The notes: generated by a model not told the origin, from the sequence alone. Shown: positions 1 to 10,047, counted from the stretch's first letter. The stretch: 64,000 bases of DNA from Candidatus Omnitrophota bacterium (GCA_022711115.1 JAKLFP010000001.1:69183-133182); one strand, 5' to 3'. Translations and numbers: made by a program.

Positions 1-20
1 TTCTCTGCCTCTTTCCATAC

Positions 21-572
21 TTGAATGAACTCACGATCTGGCTATTTGTCGCAGGCCTTATGGCCACGCATCTTATTCAGGATTTTATCAAGTACACGCT
101 CACCAAAAAGATCCCTAAAAACACCTTCGTCTACTTCATGATCGATCAATGTTTTCATCTGCTTGTTCTCAGCGCGATTTTTCTTTTGCCGGTCAGCAGC
201 GACGTCCGCGGATTTCCCAATCACCTGATACTGAACACGCTTTACACACAAAGCATTTGGACCGTGAATGCCATCTTTTTTCTGTTACTGACCTTTGCCA
301 GCAGCTATACCTTGTTCGCTTTTTACCAAAGCTACCGGAAAGATGCGCGGCCGGACCATGGCATTACCTCTCTTGAAATAATTTACACTTCTCTGGAACG
401 TATTCTGATCGGCGGGATTGCTCTTTTTACTCCCAACCTTCTATGGCTCTTGATCACGCCCCTAATCGGCTTGGTACGGCTTCCGATTGTAAAAATGAGG
501 GATCAAAAAGATTTTATGTTCAGCCTGACCTTTTCGATCATCCTTGGACTTTTTTTCAGACTCTTCCAATAA
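21..572 (+). CDS. Polytopic membrane protein, DUF3307-like. The frame is open back to the window edge, so the N-terminus may be truncated.
   Basis: Multiple hydrophobic helices and an HLIQDF motif near the N-terminus. The ORF begins with TTG at 21 and has no upstream in-frame stop in the window. Confidence 0.45.
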   Translation: MNELTIWLFVAGLMATHLIQDFIKYTLTKKIPKNTFVYFMIDQCFHLLVLSAIFLLPVSSDVRGFPNHLILNTLYTQSIWTVNAIFFLLLTFASSYTLFAFYQSYRKDARPDHGITSLEIIYTSLERILIGGIALFTPNLLWLLITPLIGLVRLPIVKMRDQKDFMFSLTFSIILGLFFRLFQ

Positions 573-575
573 AAC

Positions 576-1871
576 ATGAAAAGAACAAAAAAAACATCTT
601 CCCAGGAAAAAAATTGTCCGGCAGACAAAATCCAGAATCTTCAAAAGGTGCTGGCTCTCAACAGCATCCTTAATTCCACGCTTCGGCTAAACGAACTCCT
701 CACGCTGATCATGAAAACTTCCGCGGAGGTGATGCATGCGGAAGTGGCTTCCCTGCTTTTGATCGATGAGGCTTCAAATGATCTTGTGTTCCGTGTCGCT
801 CTTGGCGGAATGGGTTCGGATCTGGAAGAAAAATTCCGTGTCAAAATGGGAGAAGGGATTGCCGGCACGGTAGCCCAAACAGGAAAACCTCTGGTGATTA
901 ATGACACCAAAAGTGATCCGCGTTTTGCAAAACGTTTTGATGATTCCACCGGTTTCATCACCAAAGCAATTCTGTGCGTGCCGCTGAAGGCCCGGGACAA
1001 GGTCATCGGCGTTTTACAAGCGATTAATCCGCTTCGCGGCCAAGGATTTTGTGCAAGCGACCTGGATCTTTTTGAAACGTTTGCCCACCAGGCGGCCATC
1101 GCGATCGAGAATGCCAAACTTCACAGCGAGGTCGTCAAACAGGAAAAGGCCAAGCAGGCGCTCAAGATCGCTCATGAGATCCAGCAAAATTTTCTTCCGG
1201 ACCTCGAAAAAAGAGATTACGGCATCGATGTTTACGCCAAGACACTTCCGGCACTGGACGTGGGCGGCGACCTTTATGATGTCATTCGTTTGGATGAGAA
1301 CCGGGTCAGCATCATCCTCGGCGACGTATCCGGAAAAGGTGTTCCGGCCGCGCTCTACATGGTTCGCACCATGTCCGAATACCGTTTCCTCGCCCCTCAG
1401 GCGAAAAATCCCGCGGAATTGCTGACATGGTTAAATCAAAAACTTTGTGAAAACACGTCGTTCGGCATGTTTATCACCATGATTTGCCTTGCCGTCGATC
1501 TGCAAACGAATACTGTCCAATATGCTTCCGCCGGGCATCTGCCCCCGCTTCTACGAAAAGCATCGGACGGATCCACAAAACTTCTTCAAGGCACGCAAAG
1601 CGTCCCAGCCGGCCTCATGCCCGACTCGTCTTTTTATTTGAACACGGAACATCTGGACGCGGGAGATGCTCTTTTTCTTTATACGGACGGGGTGGTCGAG
1701 GCGCGTCATAAAAACGGAAAAGATTACACGACCGCGCGTTTGGAAGAGTGTGTGCGGGACAAGGCGGGATCCGCCAAGGAATATTCAGAAAAAATCTTCG
1801 AGGACATCCGCAGGTTCACGACCGGCGCCGACCAGCATGACGACATCACCACTCTGACAGTTGTCATTTAG
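576..1871 (+). CDS. GAF-domain PP2C-family serine phosphatase (RsbU/SpoIIE-like)
   Basis: The N-terminal GAF region is followed by a PP2C/SpoIIE signature (DVSGKGVPAALYMV, DGVVEA, and the C-terminal HDDITTLTV). The start codon lies 4 nt after the upstream gene stop. Confidence 0.8.
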   Translation: MKRTKKTSSQEKNCPADKIQNLQKVLALNSILNSTLRLNELLTLIMKTSAEVMHAEVASLLLIDEASNDLVFRVALGGMGSDLEEKFRVKMGEGIAGTVAQTGKPLVINDTKSDPRFAKRFDDSTGFITKAILCVPLKARDKVIGVLQAINPLRGQGFCASDLDLFETFAHQAAIAIENAKLHSEVVKQEKAKQALKIAHEIQQNFLPDLEKRDYGIDVYAKTLPALDVGGDLYDVIRLDENRVSIILGDVSGKGVPAALYMVRTMSEYRFLAPQAKNPAELLTWLNQKLCENTSFGMFITMICLAVDLQTNTVQYASAGHLPPLLRKASDGSTKLLQGTQSVPAGLMPDSSFYLNTEHLDAGDALFLYTDGVVEARHKNGKDYTTARLEECVRDKAGSAKEYSEKIFEDIRRFTTGADQHDDITTLTVVI

Positions 1872-1973
1872 CAAACATTTTTCAAATCATACTTTCAAAA
1901 TTTTATACCTCAAAGTCAGACTCTCCTTTTGACTCTTTTTGATTTTCTGCCCAGGAGAGAGACTTTTTTGAGT

Positions 1974-3866
1974 TTACATTGAAGATTTGAGCGCAGCTTG
2001 TCGCAATTCATCCGAAGCCTTTTCCGATTGACCGGATTGCTGGTACAAACCCACGAGATTCTGGCGCGGAAGATTAAACAAAGGATCTAATTCAATGGCT
2101 TTTCGATATGCAGCCATAGCATTTTCGAATTGTTTTTTTGCTGCATAAGTTACGCCGAGATTATGATAAGCAACGGCGAAATCTTGTTTTAGCAGGATGG
2201 CCTGATGAAAAAAGCTGATGGCATCATCGGGTTTCCCCATTTTAAGAAACAGCATCCCAAGACGATTGTAGATGTCGGCATTGCCGGCATCCCACACAAG
2301 AAGTTTCTGATATTCTTCATAGGCTTTTTTAAACTCTCCTGTATTTTCATAAAGTCCTGCCAACCGATGACGCGCCGGCAAATGTTCGGGCGCCAGGACA
2401 CTTGCTTTTTGATATTCTTGAAGCGCTTCCGAAAAACGCTTCTGGCTCTCGTAAACAATGCCTAAATTATAATGAATATTCCCCTCGTAAGATTGAGATA
2501 GGATTACTTTGCCCGGAATGGTTTGTTGATGCACAAACAAAAGGCTGAGGCCCAAGATCGCCATGGCCACAATCACTTTTCTTAAATGATGGGACCTGAA
2601 CGCAATCAAAAATTCACCGATGGAAAAAACTCCCAAAATAATGATGAGAGGCACACACGGCAAACGGAATCGATCCGTCACATCAAACAAAACAACTGCT
2701 GTCATGTAACAAACAAGGAAACAAACCATTAAACGGATCGAAGGAGATCTTTTTAAAAGCGCAAAATAACATCCCAGCAGGCCAAAAGGGGCGATCATTC
2801 CGAAAGAAAACAACGGAAGCTGCAATAAAGAGGCAAAAGATTTATTAAACGCATAATCAATATTGTCTCCGACTTCGCGCCAATTCCAGAAAAGGAAAAC
2901 TTTGCTGGCCAGCCCTTTTAAAAAAGCATCGGGTTGTTTCGATATAAATTCGAAGCTTTTCTGAAACCAGAAACGCGAAACGGAACCTGCATCCATCTTC
3001 TTACCGGTCACGCGTTCGGCTTCATGAATAGCGCTTTGGATCTCTAAAATAGGCGCATCGGGAAGTCCCGGGACAGAGCTGTAACCGCCGCCGGCCCCGG
3101 GGTGATTGGCTCTGAAAAACCGAAACCCGCCATAAGCTTGCAGGGGTGACAGTGTCTTATTGATTTGATAATGACGCAACGACAAAGGCGCCAAGATCAT
3201 CAAAAGTCCCAAACAAAGCATGAATAAATTTTTCAACCGCTGCCTGAGAGAAGGATCCTGACGTTGTCCAAGATGACCGATAGCAAAAAAGAGAACGAAA
3301 AGAATGAGAAAGGGTTTTGTGAGAATGGCGAGAGCCGCAAAACAACCTGTCAAAAACCACAGCATTGATTTATGTTGCGAGTAAGTCCTTTCTAACAAAA
3401 AAATAAAAACGGTATAAAGGAATATGCTGAGCGTGGTGTCGATGATGAGCCCTGTGTAAAAAATCGCAATCCCATAGAAGGCATAAATCAGCGCCCCCAA
3501 CCAACAGAAACTTTTCCTCAATGACAACCTTGCTGCAAGGGCGAAGATCAGAACACAAACCATCGCATCCAGAATCGCTTGCATGAGGCGTGCTGCCATA
3601 AGATTTTGTCCAAACATCTTGAAAAAACTCAGAAGAAAAAAAGGGTAAAGCGGACTTTGATAGGTGATTTCTTTAAAAAAATAGTCGCCTCGCAACATGC
3701 GTAACGCAAACTCGATATAAGATCCGGAATCTACGGTAAAGGCCGGGACAGCTAGTGGGGTCCCGTTTATTTGAACGATATAGATAAGCCGTAATACGAG
3801 GGCAATCAGAAAAATAAAAACGATTGGCAATACATTCCCAAGAGATAAAGGTTGGTTGTTTTTCAC
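1974..3866 (-). CDS. GT-C-type (PMT/ArnT-like) integral membrane glycosyltransferase-like protein with C-terminal TPR repeats
   Basis: About 12 predicted TM helices fill the N-terminal 430 aa. The C-terminal 200 aa carries repeated TPR-like motifs (AxxxYxxA / LG..Y... patterns). Confidence 0.55.
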   Translation of the reverse strand: MKNNQPLSLGNVLPIVFIFLIALVLRLIYIVQINGTPLAVPAFTVDSGSYIEFALRMLRGDYFFKEITYQSPLYPFFLLSFFKMFGQNLMAARLMQAILDAMVCVLIFALAARLSLRKSFCWLGALIYAFYGIAIFYTGLIIDTTLSIFLYTVFIFLLERTYSQHKSMLWFLTGCFAALAILTKPFLILFVLFFAIGHLGQRQDPSLRQRLKNLFMLCLGLLMILAPLSLRHYQINKTLSPLQAYGGFRFFRANHPGAGGGYSSVPGLPDAPILEIQSAIHEAERVTGKKMDAGSVSRFWFQKSFEFISKQPDAFLKGLASKVFLFWNWREVGDNIDYAFNKSFASLLQLPLFSFGMIAPFGLLGCYFALLKRSPSIRLMVCFLVCYMTAVVLFDVTDRFRLPCVPLIIILGVFSIGEFLIAFRSHHLRKVIVAMAILGLSLLFVHQQTIPGKVILSQSYEGNIHYNLGIVYESQKRFSEALQEYQKASVLAPEHLPARHRLAGLYENTGEFKKAYEEYQKLLVWDAGNADIYNRLGMLFLKMGKPDDAISFFHQAILLKQDFAVAYHNLGVTYAAKKQFENAMAAYRKAIELDPLFNLPRQNLVGLYQQSGQSEKASDELRQAALKSSM

Positions 3867-4001
3867 AAAAAAAACACCCCTGAAATCGTCTGTCCGGCAA
3901 TATTCATGAGGAGATACTAATCAATATCACATCGCAATTCAACAGAAGGGTCGTCCTGCATCGCCTGAGATGCCAACAAGGATGTCTTCAAACAAATTCA
4001 T

Positions 4002-4030
4002 TTGTTCTTCTTCGAAATTCTCCCTATAAT
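4002..4030 (+). promoter_or_regulatory. Putative sigma70 promoter (TTGTTC, 17-nt spacer, TATAAT) ending 6 nt before the cyclase ATG, which implies a leaderless mRNA
   Basis: TATAAT at 4025-4030, TTGTTC at 4002-4007, ATG at 4037. There is no room for a Shine-Dalgarno sequence. Confidence 0.4.
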
Positions 4031-4036
4031 CCAGCC

Positions 4037-6265
4037 ATGAGAAAGATTTATTCTTACCTCATTCCTGCACTCATCCTTTTCGGTGTCTTTGGACTCCAAT
4101 ACGCCTACCCCGAAGAACTCGAATCCTTGCGCATCAAGGTTTTCGATGTCTTTCAAAAAATCAAGCCTCGCGCTTACGATGCACAAACCCCTGTCCGCAT
4201 CATTGATATTGATGAAGAAAGCCTTTCCCGATACGGGCAATGGCCGTGGCCACGAACACTTCTCGCGAAGCTTGTTTCCCGAATGTCGGCAAGCAACGCC
4301 AAAGCGATCGCTTTCGACTTGTTCTTCCCGGAACCCGACCGCACCTCTCCCCAAAATGCCATGGCTCTTTGGTCAGAGGATCCCTTTCTTGCGCCTATTC
4401 GCTCTCAAATTCAAAAAATCCGGGATCATGACACTGTTTTTTCCGAAGCCATCGCAAAAGCCCCTCTGGTCACGGCTTTTGCCTTGAATCTGCAAAAAAA
4501 TTCTTCTGTCCCATTACTCAAAAAAGGCTTTGCCCAGCGTGGCGGCCTTGTAGGCGATTCAGCAATCCATTACTTAACACCGACCTATGCCGGTGCCGTT
4601 GTGAATCTTCCTGTCCTTGAAAAGGCCGCCAGTGGAAACGGCAATATCAATATGGATATGGAGCATGACGGTATTCTCCGCCGAGTCCCGATGCTCTACC
4701 GGTTGGATGACCTTCTCTATCCTTCCCTGTCCGCAGAGGCCATTCGCGTGGTTGAAAAAGCGACTGTTTATCAGATCACCTTGGTGAGCGCTACAAAACT
4801 AATGAGAGGCATCAAAAAAGGTATTCAGAAAATCCGGATCGGCCAGTGGGAGATCCCCACGGACAGTCACGGCCGCATCTGGCTCTATGACACAGGTCAC
4901 AAATCGGAACGTTTTATCCCGGCCTGGAAGGTTCTTTCAGATGATTCGGTTTTAAAAGAACTGAATGAGAAAATTCTCTTTGTCGGGACAAGCGCCCTCG
5001 GCCTGAAGGATTTAAGATCAACGGCTCTCATCCCGTTTGCTCCGGGCGTTGAAGTTCATGCTCAGCTTGTCGAGCAAATTCTCCAGCAAGATTTTCTTAA
5101 ACGTCCTTATTGGGCTGAGTTCGCTGAACTCGCATATTTTTTTATCCTGGGCCTGTTCTTAATTTTATTCCTGCCGCGAGGAGGCGCCGTCCGGTGCGCC
5201 ATCATCGGGATCACGGCAATCGCTTGTGCCATAGGACTTTCGTGGTATGCCTTCGACAAATGGCATCTCCTGACCGATCCCGTATTCCCCTCCCTGGTTG
5301 TGTTGCTAATCTACATCGTTTCCTCATTCCTTAATTTCTTGCAAACCGAAAAAGAACGCAGCCAGATCCGTGGAGCCTTCAGCCGTTATCTTTCACCCAC
5401 ACTTGTGGAAAAACTCGCCAAAGATCCGACCCAGTTGAAACTCGGCGGTGAGATGAAAACCATGACTTTTCTTTTTACGGACATCCGCAATTTCACAACC
5501 CTGGCTGAAGAATTTAACGCCCAAGAGCTCACGCTGTTTATGAACCGGTTCATGACTCCCATGACGAACATCATTCTGAAGCACAACGGAACGATCGATA
5601 AATATATAGGCGATTGCATCATGGCATTTTGGAATGCGCCGCTCGAAGATAAAAATCACGCTTTGCATGCGTGCCAAACAGCTTTGGAAATGCAGCAATT
5701 CATTGAAGTTTGGAACAAAACCCGTGAAAAAGAAGCCTTCGCTCAAAAAAAAGCTTTCCGGCCAATCCAGATCGGGATCGGCATCAACACCGGACAAGCC
5801 TGCGTCGGCAACATGGGATCCGAACAAAGGTTTGATTACACGGTGTTGGGTGATGATGTTAATCTGGCTTCTCGGCTTGAAGGTCTTTCCAAAAATTATG
5901 GCCTCACAACCATCCTTGGACAAAACACGGTCTCCCTTGCTTCCTTTGCAACATTGGAGGTTGATCTGATCCGTGTCAAAGGGAAAAGTAAGCCCGTCAG
6001 AATCTTTGCCCTATTGGGCGAACAGGGGCTGAGAGAAAAGGCCTCTTTAAGAGAACTGACACAACATCATGATGCCATGCTGAAAGCCTACCGGGAAAGG
6101 CGCTGGGAAGATGCCGAAAGGTCCCTCGGAGCTTGCCGTGATATTCACTTACCGGAAATCGATCTTCAAATGATTTATAACCTTTATGCTTCACGCCTTT
6201 TTTCCTACAAAAAAAATCCGCCGGCCCAAGATTGGGACGGCGTCACCCTTGCCGATTCAAAATAA
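4037..6265 (+). CDS. Class III adenylate/guanylate cyclase with N-terminal periplasmic CHASE2 sensor domain
   Basis: N-terminal TM helix, then a ~330-aa periplasmic domain, then a 3-TM cluster, then a cyclase catalytic domain (FLFTDIRNFT, KYIGDCIMAFWNAP, GINTGQACVGNMGS, GDDVNLASRLE). Confidence 0.8.
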   Translation: MRKIYSYLIPALILFGVFGLQYAYPEELESLRIKVFDVFQKIKPRAYDAQTPVRIIDIDEESLSRYGQWPWPRTLLAKLVSRMSASNAKAIAFDLFFPEPDRTSPQNAMALWSEDPFLAPIRSQIQKIRDHDTVFSEAIAKAPLVTAFALNLQKNSSVPLLKKGFAQRGGLVGDSAIHYLTPTYAGAVVNLPVLEKAASGNGNINMDMEHDGILRRVPMLYRLDDLLYPSLSAEAIRVVEKATVYQITLVSATKLMRGIKKGIQKIRIGQWEIPTDSHGRIWLYDTGHKSERFIPAWKVLSDDSVLKELNEKILFVGTSALGLKDLRSTALIPFAPGVEVHAQLVEQILQQDFLKRPYWAEFAELAYFFILGLFLILFLPRGGAVRCAIIGITAIACAIGLSWYAFDKWHLLTDPVFPSLVVLLIYIVSSFLNFLQTEKERSQIRGAFSRYLSPTLVEKLAKDPTQLKLGGEMKTMTFLFTDIRNFTTLAEEFNAQELTLFMNRFMTPMTNIILKHNGTIDKYIGDCIMAFWNAPLEDKNHALHACQTALEMQQFIEVWNKTREKEAFAQKKAFRPIQIGIGINTGQACVGNMGSEQRFDYTVLGDDVNLASRLEGLSKNYGLTTILGQNTVSLASFATLEVDLIRVKGKSKPVRIFALLGEQGLREKASLRELTQHHDAMLKAYRERRWEDAERSLGACRDIHLPEIDLQMIYNLYASRLFSYKKNPPAQDWDGVTLADSK

Positions 6266-6291
6266 AAAGCTCTGAATTCTGCCTTTCACTT

Positions 6292-7194
6292 TTATGATTT
6301 GATCTGGTAGACCTTTTCGCTTTGACTTGGAGTATCGCGCTTGCTCGCCTGATCACCTGCGGAAGCATTCGCTTTATCCTGCGCTGCTTGCTGAACCGCC
6401 TGATTCGCAGCATCAATGGTCGAAAGCAAATCCTGTAATGACTGAGCATCCACGGATGTTTTTGAATTCATATTTGCACCTGGAGTCGCCTTGCCTGTTG
6501 TATCAGTTCCGCTTTCCGTGGTAGGTTGACTTAAGGCGCTGGCAATGCGATTAAGATCGGTTTCCGAAACCTGAAATACCGGAAGTGGTGCAACATTTGG
6601 CCCGCCTATGATCGTCGCTTCTCCGGCTTCATTAATGTCCACTCCCACTACTTCGCCGTTCACAACATTAGTCACATAAATACGCCCCACACCCACCGGC
6701 CCTAAAAGAACGACCATGGTTTTTTGCCCGTCAATAATGCCAGCCACATTCGTGCCGCGAAACCCGATGGTTCCCGCCGGAAGATCGACACTCATGTTTT
6801 CGGGTTTCTTATGGGCTACTTTGCCGGAAACGACCCGGAAGATCCCTTTCATAATACTAGCCTTGACTTTCCCCGAGTTGTCAGACGGATTATAAGCAAA
6901 TTCATCCACTTTAATCGCACTTAAAGGACCGAGCGTGAAAACGGTTTGGTCAAGCAAAAGCACCTGCAGTTGCCCATCCTTACCGGTCTCGATTTGATCT
7001 CCCATGAACACCTTGTCACCGCTTTTAAGAGAATGCTCTGCCGTATTTCCGGAAGTGGCTTTGACTTCTCCTCTTACCGCAGCCGCCACTCCTGCCAGGA
7101 TCGATGCCGCAGAGGCGGGAAATAATATTCCGAATACTCCGCCCATTAAGACAAATGCGAAAATTAAAATTCCAAAAAAATACTTTTTAGTCAT
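6292..7194 (-). CDS. Secreted FecR-domain protein
   Basis: Signal/anchor peptide, then a FecR-like beta-sandwich core (GDKVFMGDQIETGKDGQLQVLLLDQTVFTLGPLS...IGFRGT). It is a paralog of the next gene. Confidence 0.65.
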   Translation of the reverse strand: MTKKYFFGILIFAFVLMGGVFGILFPASAASILAGVAAAVRGEVKATSGNTAEHSLKSGDKVFMGDQIETGKDGQLQVLLLDQTVFTLGPLSAIKVDEFAYNPSDNSGKVKASIMKGIFRVVSGKVAHKKPENMSVDLPAGTIGFRGTNVAGIIDGQKTMVVLLGPVGVGRIYVTNVVNGEVVGVDINEAGEATIIGGPNVAPLPVFQVSETDLNRIASALSQPTTESGTDTTGKATPGANMNSKTSVDAQSLQDLLSTIDAANQAVQQAAQDKANASAGDQASKRDTPSQSEKVYQIKS

Positions 7195-7273
7195 AGAAAA
7201 TTTTTAAAATCGTTATGTTGTAAAAATTTGAGGATTTTTGATAAATTTTAAAAAATTCTTTAAAACCCATTCT

Positions 7274-8602
7274 CTATGCGGCGGGACCCCCGCCTGATGT
7301 CGCACCAGAAACGCGATCACCAGTGGCAGATCCGGTCCCGGTCGTACCATCCCCGTCATCATAATTCACCGAAACAACAGCATTTTGACCCGCAACGCCA
7401 GAAAGATTTTGCAGCATCACAACGGCAGAAATATTGCTGTTGTCACGTACGTAGTTGAACATCGCATAGCCTCCCGCCCCGGACGTAAAAGGTTGCTCGC
7501 CTAAACTCCTGCTGGCCGAGATATATCCCGGTGTATAAATATCGATTTTAGAATTACCTCCTCCAATCGACCCATTGGAACCGCCATGAAGATCAATGGA
7601 TCCTGACACCGTACCGATAGACACAGAAGGAGTGGATTGGACGAACACGCCGGAAAAAGCATAGTGATAGACGCCTACCGGGATGGTGGCAAGATCCTGG
7701 ATCGTAGAAAGCCCATCCGCAACAGCTCCGCTTGCTCCTGAATTTTCTATGGTTTCAGCCTTCACATCATCGTTTAATAAAGCCGTGAGACTCGAAAGAA
7801 AATTGGAAACATCACCGTTCACACCTGTATTGACATTCCCTTGGCCGGACCCATCCGTCGCGGAACCGCCATTGCCCTGTGAATTGCTTCCGCCGCCTGA
7901 AGGCGACAATCCGGTCGTTAAATTCTGGATGTCCAACGGCGAAAGCTGAAACACACCGGAAAGAGTTCCACCAGAACCCACTGTCACGCCAAAACCCGTA
8001 CGGTTAACGTTTTGACTGCCTGAGTTTGGTCCACTGCCGGAGATGGTGAAACTTCCGGACGGCATTCCCGCATTGTTATTCGTACCCGGACCAAGCAGGG
8101 CCGCCAAAGAATTTCCACCTGGCACCACATGACCGCCGACAATCGTCCCGCGAATCCCGATCGTCGCAGTCGGAAGTTTGAGCGTTACATTGCTTGGCTT
8201 TTTAGCCGCGATCTTCCCGGACACATAACGGAAAACGCCTTTCGCGATACTGGCCTGAACTTTGCCTTCTTGTGTCTTGGGATCATAAATAAATTCATCG
8301 ATCACAAGCGTGCTGTTGGGCCCAATCGTAAAAACAGTCTCATCCAAAAACAGGATCTGAAGGTTTCCCTGCGCATCCGTTTTGACCTCATCACCCATAA
8401 AAACCGACTGGCCGCTTTGCGCGATGCGCCCCACCTGACCCGGCATTTTCAGCTCGACATTCCCTTTTGCCGCAGCCACCACCCCGATTTGAGCAGCGTT
8501 GGCGGGAATACCCAGCGGCGCCGTAACCGGCATTTGAGCAAAAATAACCGCCTGCGACAATATTAGAAATAAAATACCAACGAAAGAGATGACCTTTTTC
8601 AT
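7274..8602 (-). CDS. Secreted FecR-domain protein with a long Gly/Ser/Thr/Asn-rich C-terminal region
   Basis: Cleavable signal peptide (IFA-QM). The FecR core (MGDEVKTDAQGNLQILFLDETVFTIGPNS...IGIRGT) is homologous to the 6292-7194 product. About 270 aa of low-complexity G/S/T/N sequence follows. Confidence 0.6.
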   Translation of the reverse strand: MKKVISFVGILFLILSQAVIFAQMPVTAPLGIPANAAQIGVVAAAKGNVELKMPGQVGRIAQSGQSVFMGDEVKTDAQGNLQILFLDETVFTIGPNSTLVIDEFIYDPKTQEGKVQASIAKGVFRYVSGKIAAKKPSNVTLKLPTATIGIRGTIVGGHVVPGGNSLAALLGPGTNNNAGMPSGSFTISGSGPNSGSQNVNRTGFGVTVGSGGTLSGVFQLSPLDIQNLTTGLSPSGGGSNSQGNGGSATDGSGQGNVNTGVNGDVSNFLSSLTALLNDDVKAETIENSGASGAVADGLSTIQDLATIPVGVYHYAFSGVFVQSTPSVSIGTVSGSIDLHGGSNGSIGGGNSKIDIYTPGYISASRSLGEQPFTSGAGGYAMFNYVRDNSNISAVVMLQNLSGVAGQNAVVSVNYDDGDGTTGTGSATGDRVSGATSGGGPAA

Positions 8603-8604
8603 GG

Positions 8605-10047
8605 TTAAAACTCCAATCGTTTGGTCAAAAGACCTTCAAGTTTGTTATTGGTATAACTGTAGTTTGTGATATTCGAAAGTGAGCGGTACAATTCGTATGA
8701 AAAAGTAAAAACAATATCTTTGAAAGGCCTTGGCAGGATTTTCCCCACAAGAAGGGTTTCAAGCGGCGCCCCATAAGTGAAACGGTATCTCATGATTTTG
8801 TCATGGCGATGACGACCTGCCACAGAAAGCTCCGGACCCTCATAACTGTCAAAATACGCACTCAAGGTATTGATCAAAAACTGCCCCTTCGGCCATATCC
8901 AGGTGTGGGAATTATTCAGGCTTACACGGTCGTAAGCGTAGTATTTTTGTTTGGCGTCCTTTTCGCCGTAACCGATCGTGCTTGACCACCGCATGGTCGG
9001 AATAATGAGATAGTGAAAGCCCCAATAATGATCGAACTCGGGCCCCTTACGATTGTAGGAATCGTTATTTTCATTGATGTTCATATAATCCTGGCGTTCC
9101 AACCGAAAATTATAGTAGACATTAAGCTTTCTGGTAAGGTCCCGGTCGAAAAGAAAACTTCCACCCTGGACTCTCAGAAAGCTCTCGTCCGAAAGGAAAA
9201 GATAGCTCGAATAAAAGGACGGAGTGAAGTTCACATACTTGCTCTTGTAGGTCCCCCCGAGTTCATACTGGTAGGAGCCAAGATCCAGCGAGCGTACATT
9301 GGTTTGTTCTTGAAGAAAATAGGTAAAAGAAGCGAATACCGAATGACCGGCCTGAAAACCGAGATCATGCGTCACATCCAAACTCGTCACATTCAAGTAA
9401 TGCGTGTCTGCGCGGCGGGTATTCGTCCCTTGAGTATCAAGCGCCGTGTCGAAAAAAAGCTGTTTTTTGGAACCGGGCGATGCGTTGCGGTTCGTGTCAT
9501 AACCCCAGCCGAAGCTTTCCCGCAAAGTAAAATGTGTGCGTCTTTTTTGGTATTGGATCTTTTTTTGATAAAAGTCGACCTCTTGCTTGATTTGAGACGG
9601 CAATGTCAGTGGTTTCAGGATATCAAGTTCCTTTTGGGCTTCGTTTAAACTGTCTAACCGGTAAAGAACCACGGCATAGAGAAGCCTGACATCCGCAAGA
9701 TTCGGATCAAGCAGAAGGATCCGCTCTAAGGTTGCTGCGGCACCGAGAAGTTCGTTTTTGGAAATTTGACTCTGCGCGTAACGGAAATTAAGCTGGATAT
9801 TATCCGGATCCTTAAGAACATCCGCATAAGTGACGCCCGTCTTGAATTTTTCCGTTACGGCTTGCTCTTGGGATTTGGCAGCTGTTTTGGCGATTTGCTT
9901 TGCGCCGCGGGTCTCACGACGAACCGTCTCGGCCTCACGGCCGATATCTTCCGCAAAAGCAAGCGTTGCAAAAGATGCTAAAAAAAGGAAAACGAGGTTG
10001 AAGGTGATCAAATTCCGTAACCTGCGGGAAGGAATTTTTAGGATCAT
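8605..10047 (-). CDS. Outer-membrane protein with an N-terminal TPR region and a C-terminal beta-barrel (Slam/DUF560-like architecture)
   Basis: Signal peptide, a ~120-aa TPR-like helical region, then ~300 aa of alternating aromatic/hydrophilic beta-strand pattern ending in ...RLEF. Its stop is 2 nt from the downstream FecR gene start. Confidence 0.45.
   Translation of the reverse strand: MILKIPSRRLRNLITFNLVFLFLASFATLAFAEDIGREAETVRRETRGAKQIAKTAAKSQEQAVTEKFKTGVTYADVLKDPDNIQLNFRYAQSQISKNELLGAAATLERILLLDPNLADVRLLYAVVLYRLDSLNEAQKELDILKPLTLPSQIKQEVDFYQKKIQYQKRRTHFTLRESFGWGYDTNRNASPGSKKQLFFDTALDTQGTNTRRADTHYLNVTSLDVTHDLGFQAGHSVFASFTYFLQEQTNVRSLDLGSYQYELGGTYKSKYVNFTPSFYSSYLFLSDESFLRVQGGSFLFDRDLTRKLNVYYNFRLERQDYMNINENNDSYNRKGPEFDHYWGFHYLIIPTMRWSSTIGYGEKDAKQKYYAYDRVSLNNSHTWIWPKGQFLINTLSAYFDSYEGPELSVAGRHRHDKIMRYRFTYGAPLETLLVGKILPRPFKDIVFTFSYELYRSLSNITNYSYTNNKLEGLLTKRLEF

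Noticed and set aside
641-1117. Many 60-250-aa ORFs in the track lie antisense to or inside longer genes, for example 42-251, 641-1117, 5393-5923, 12441-12860, 13491-14147, 55415-56053 and 56879-57802.
   Set aside because: Each overlaps a longer ORF on another frame or strand whose translation carries clear family motifs. The overlapping ORFs have low-complexity or Arg/Ser-rich shadow-frame composition and no recognisable motifs.
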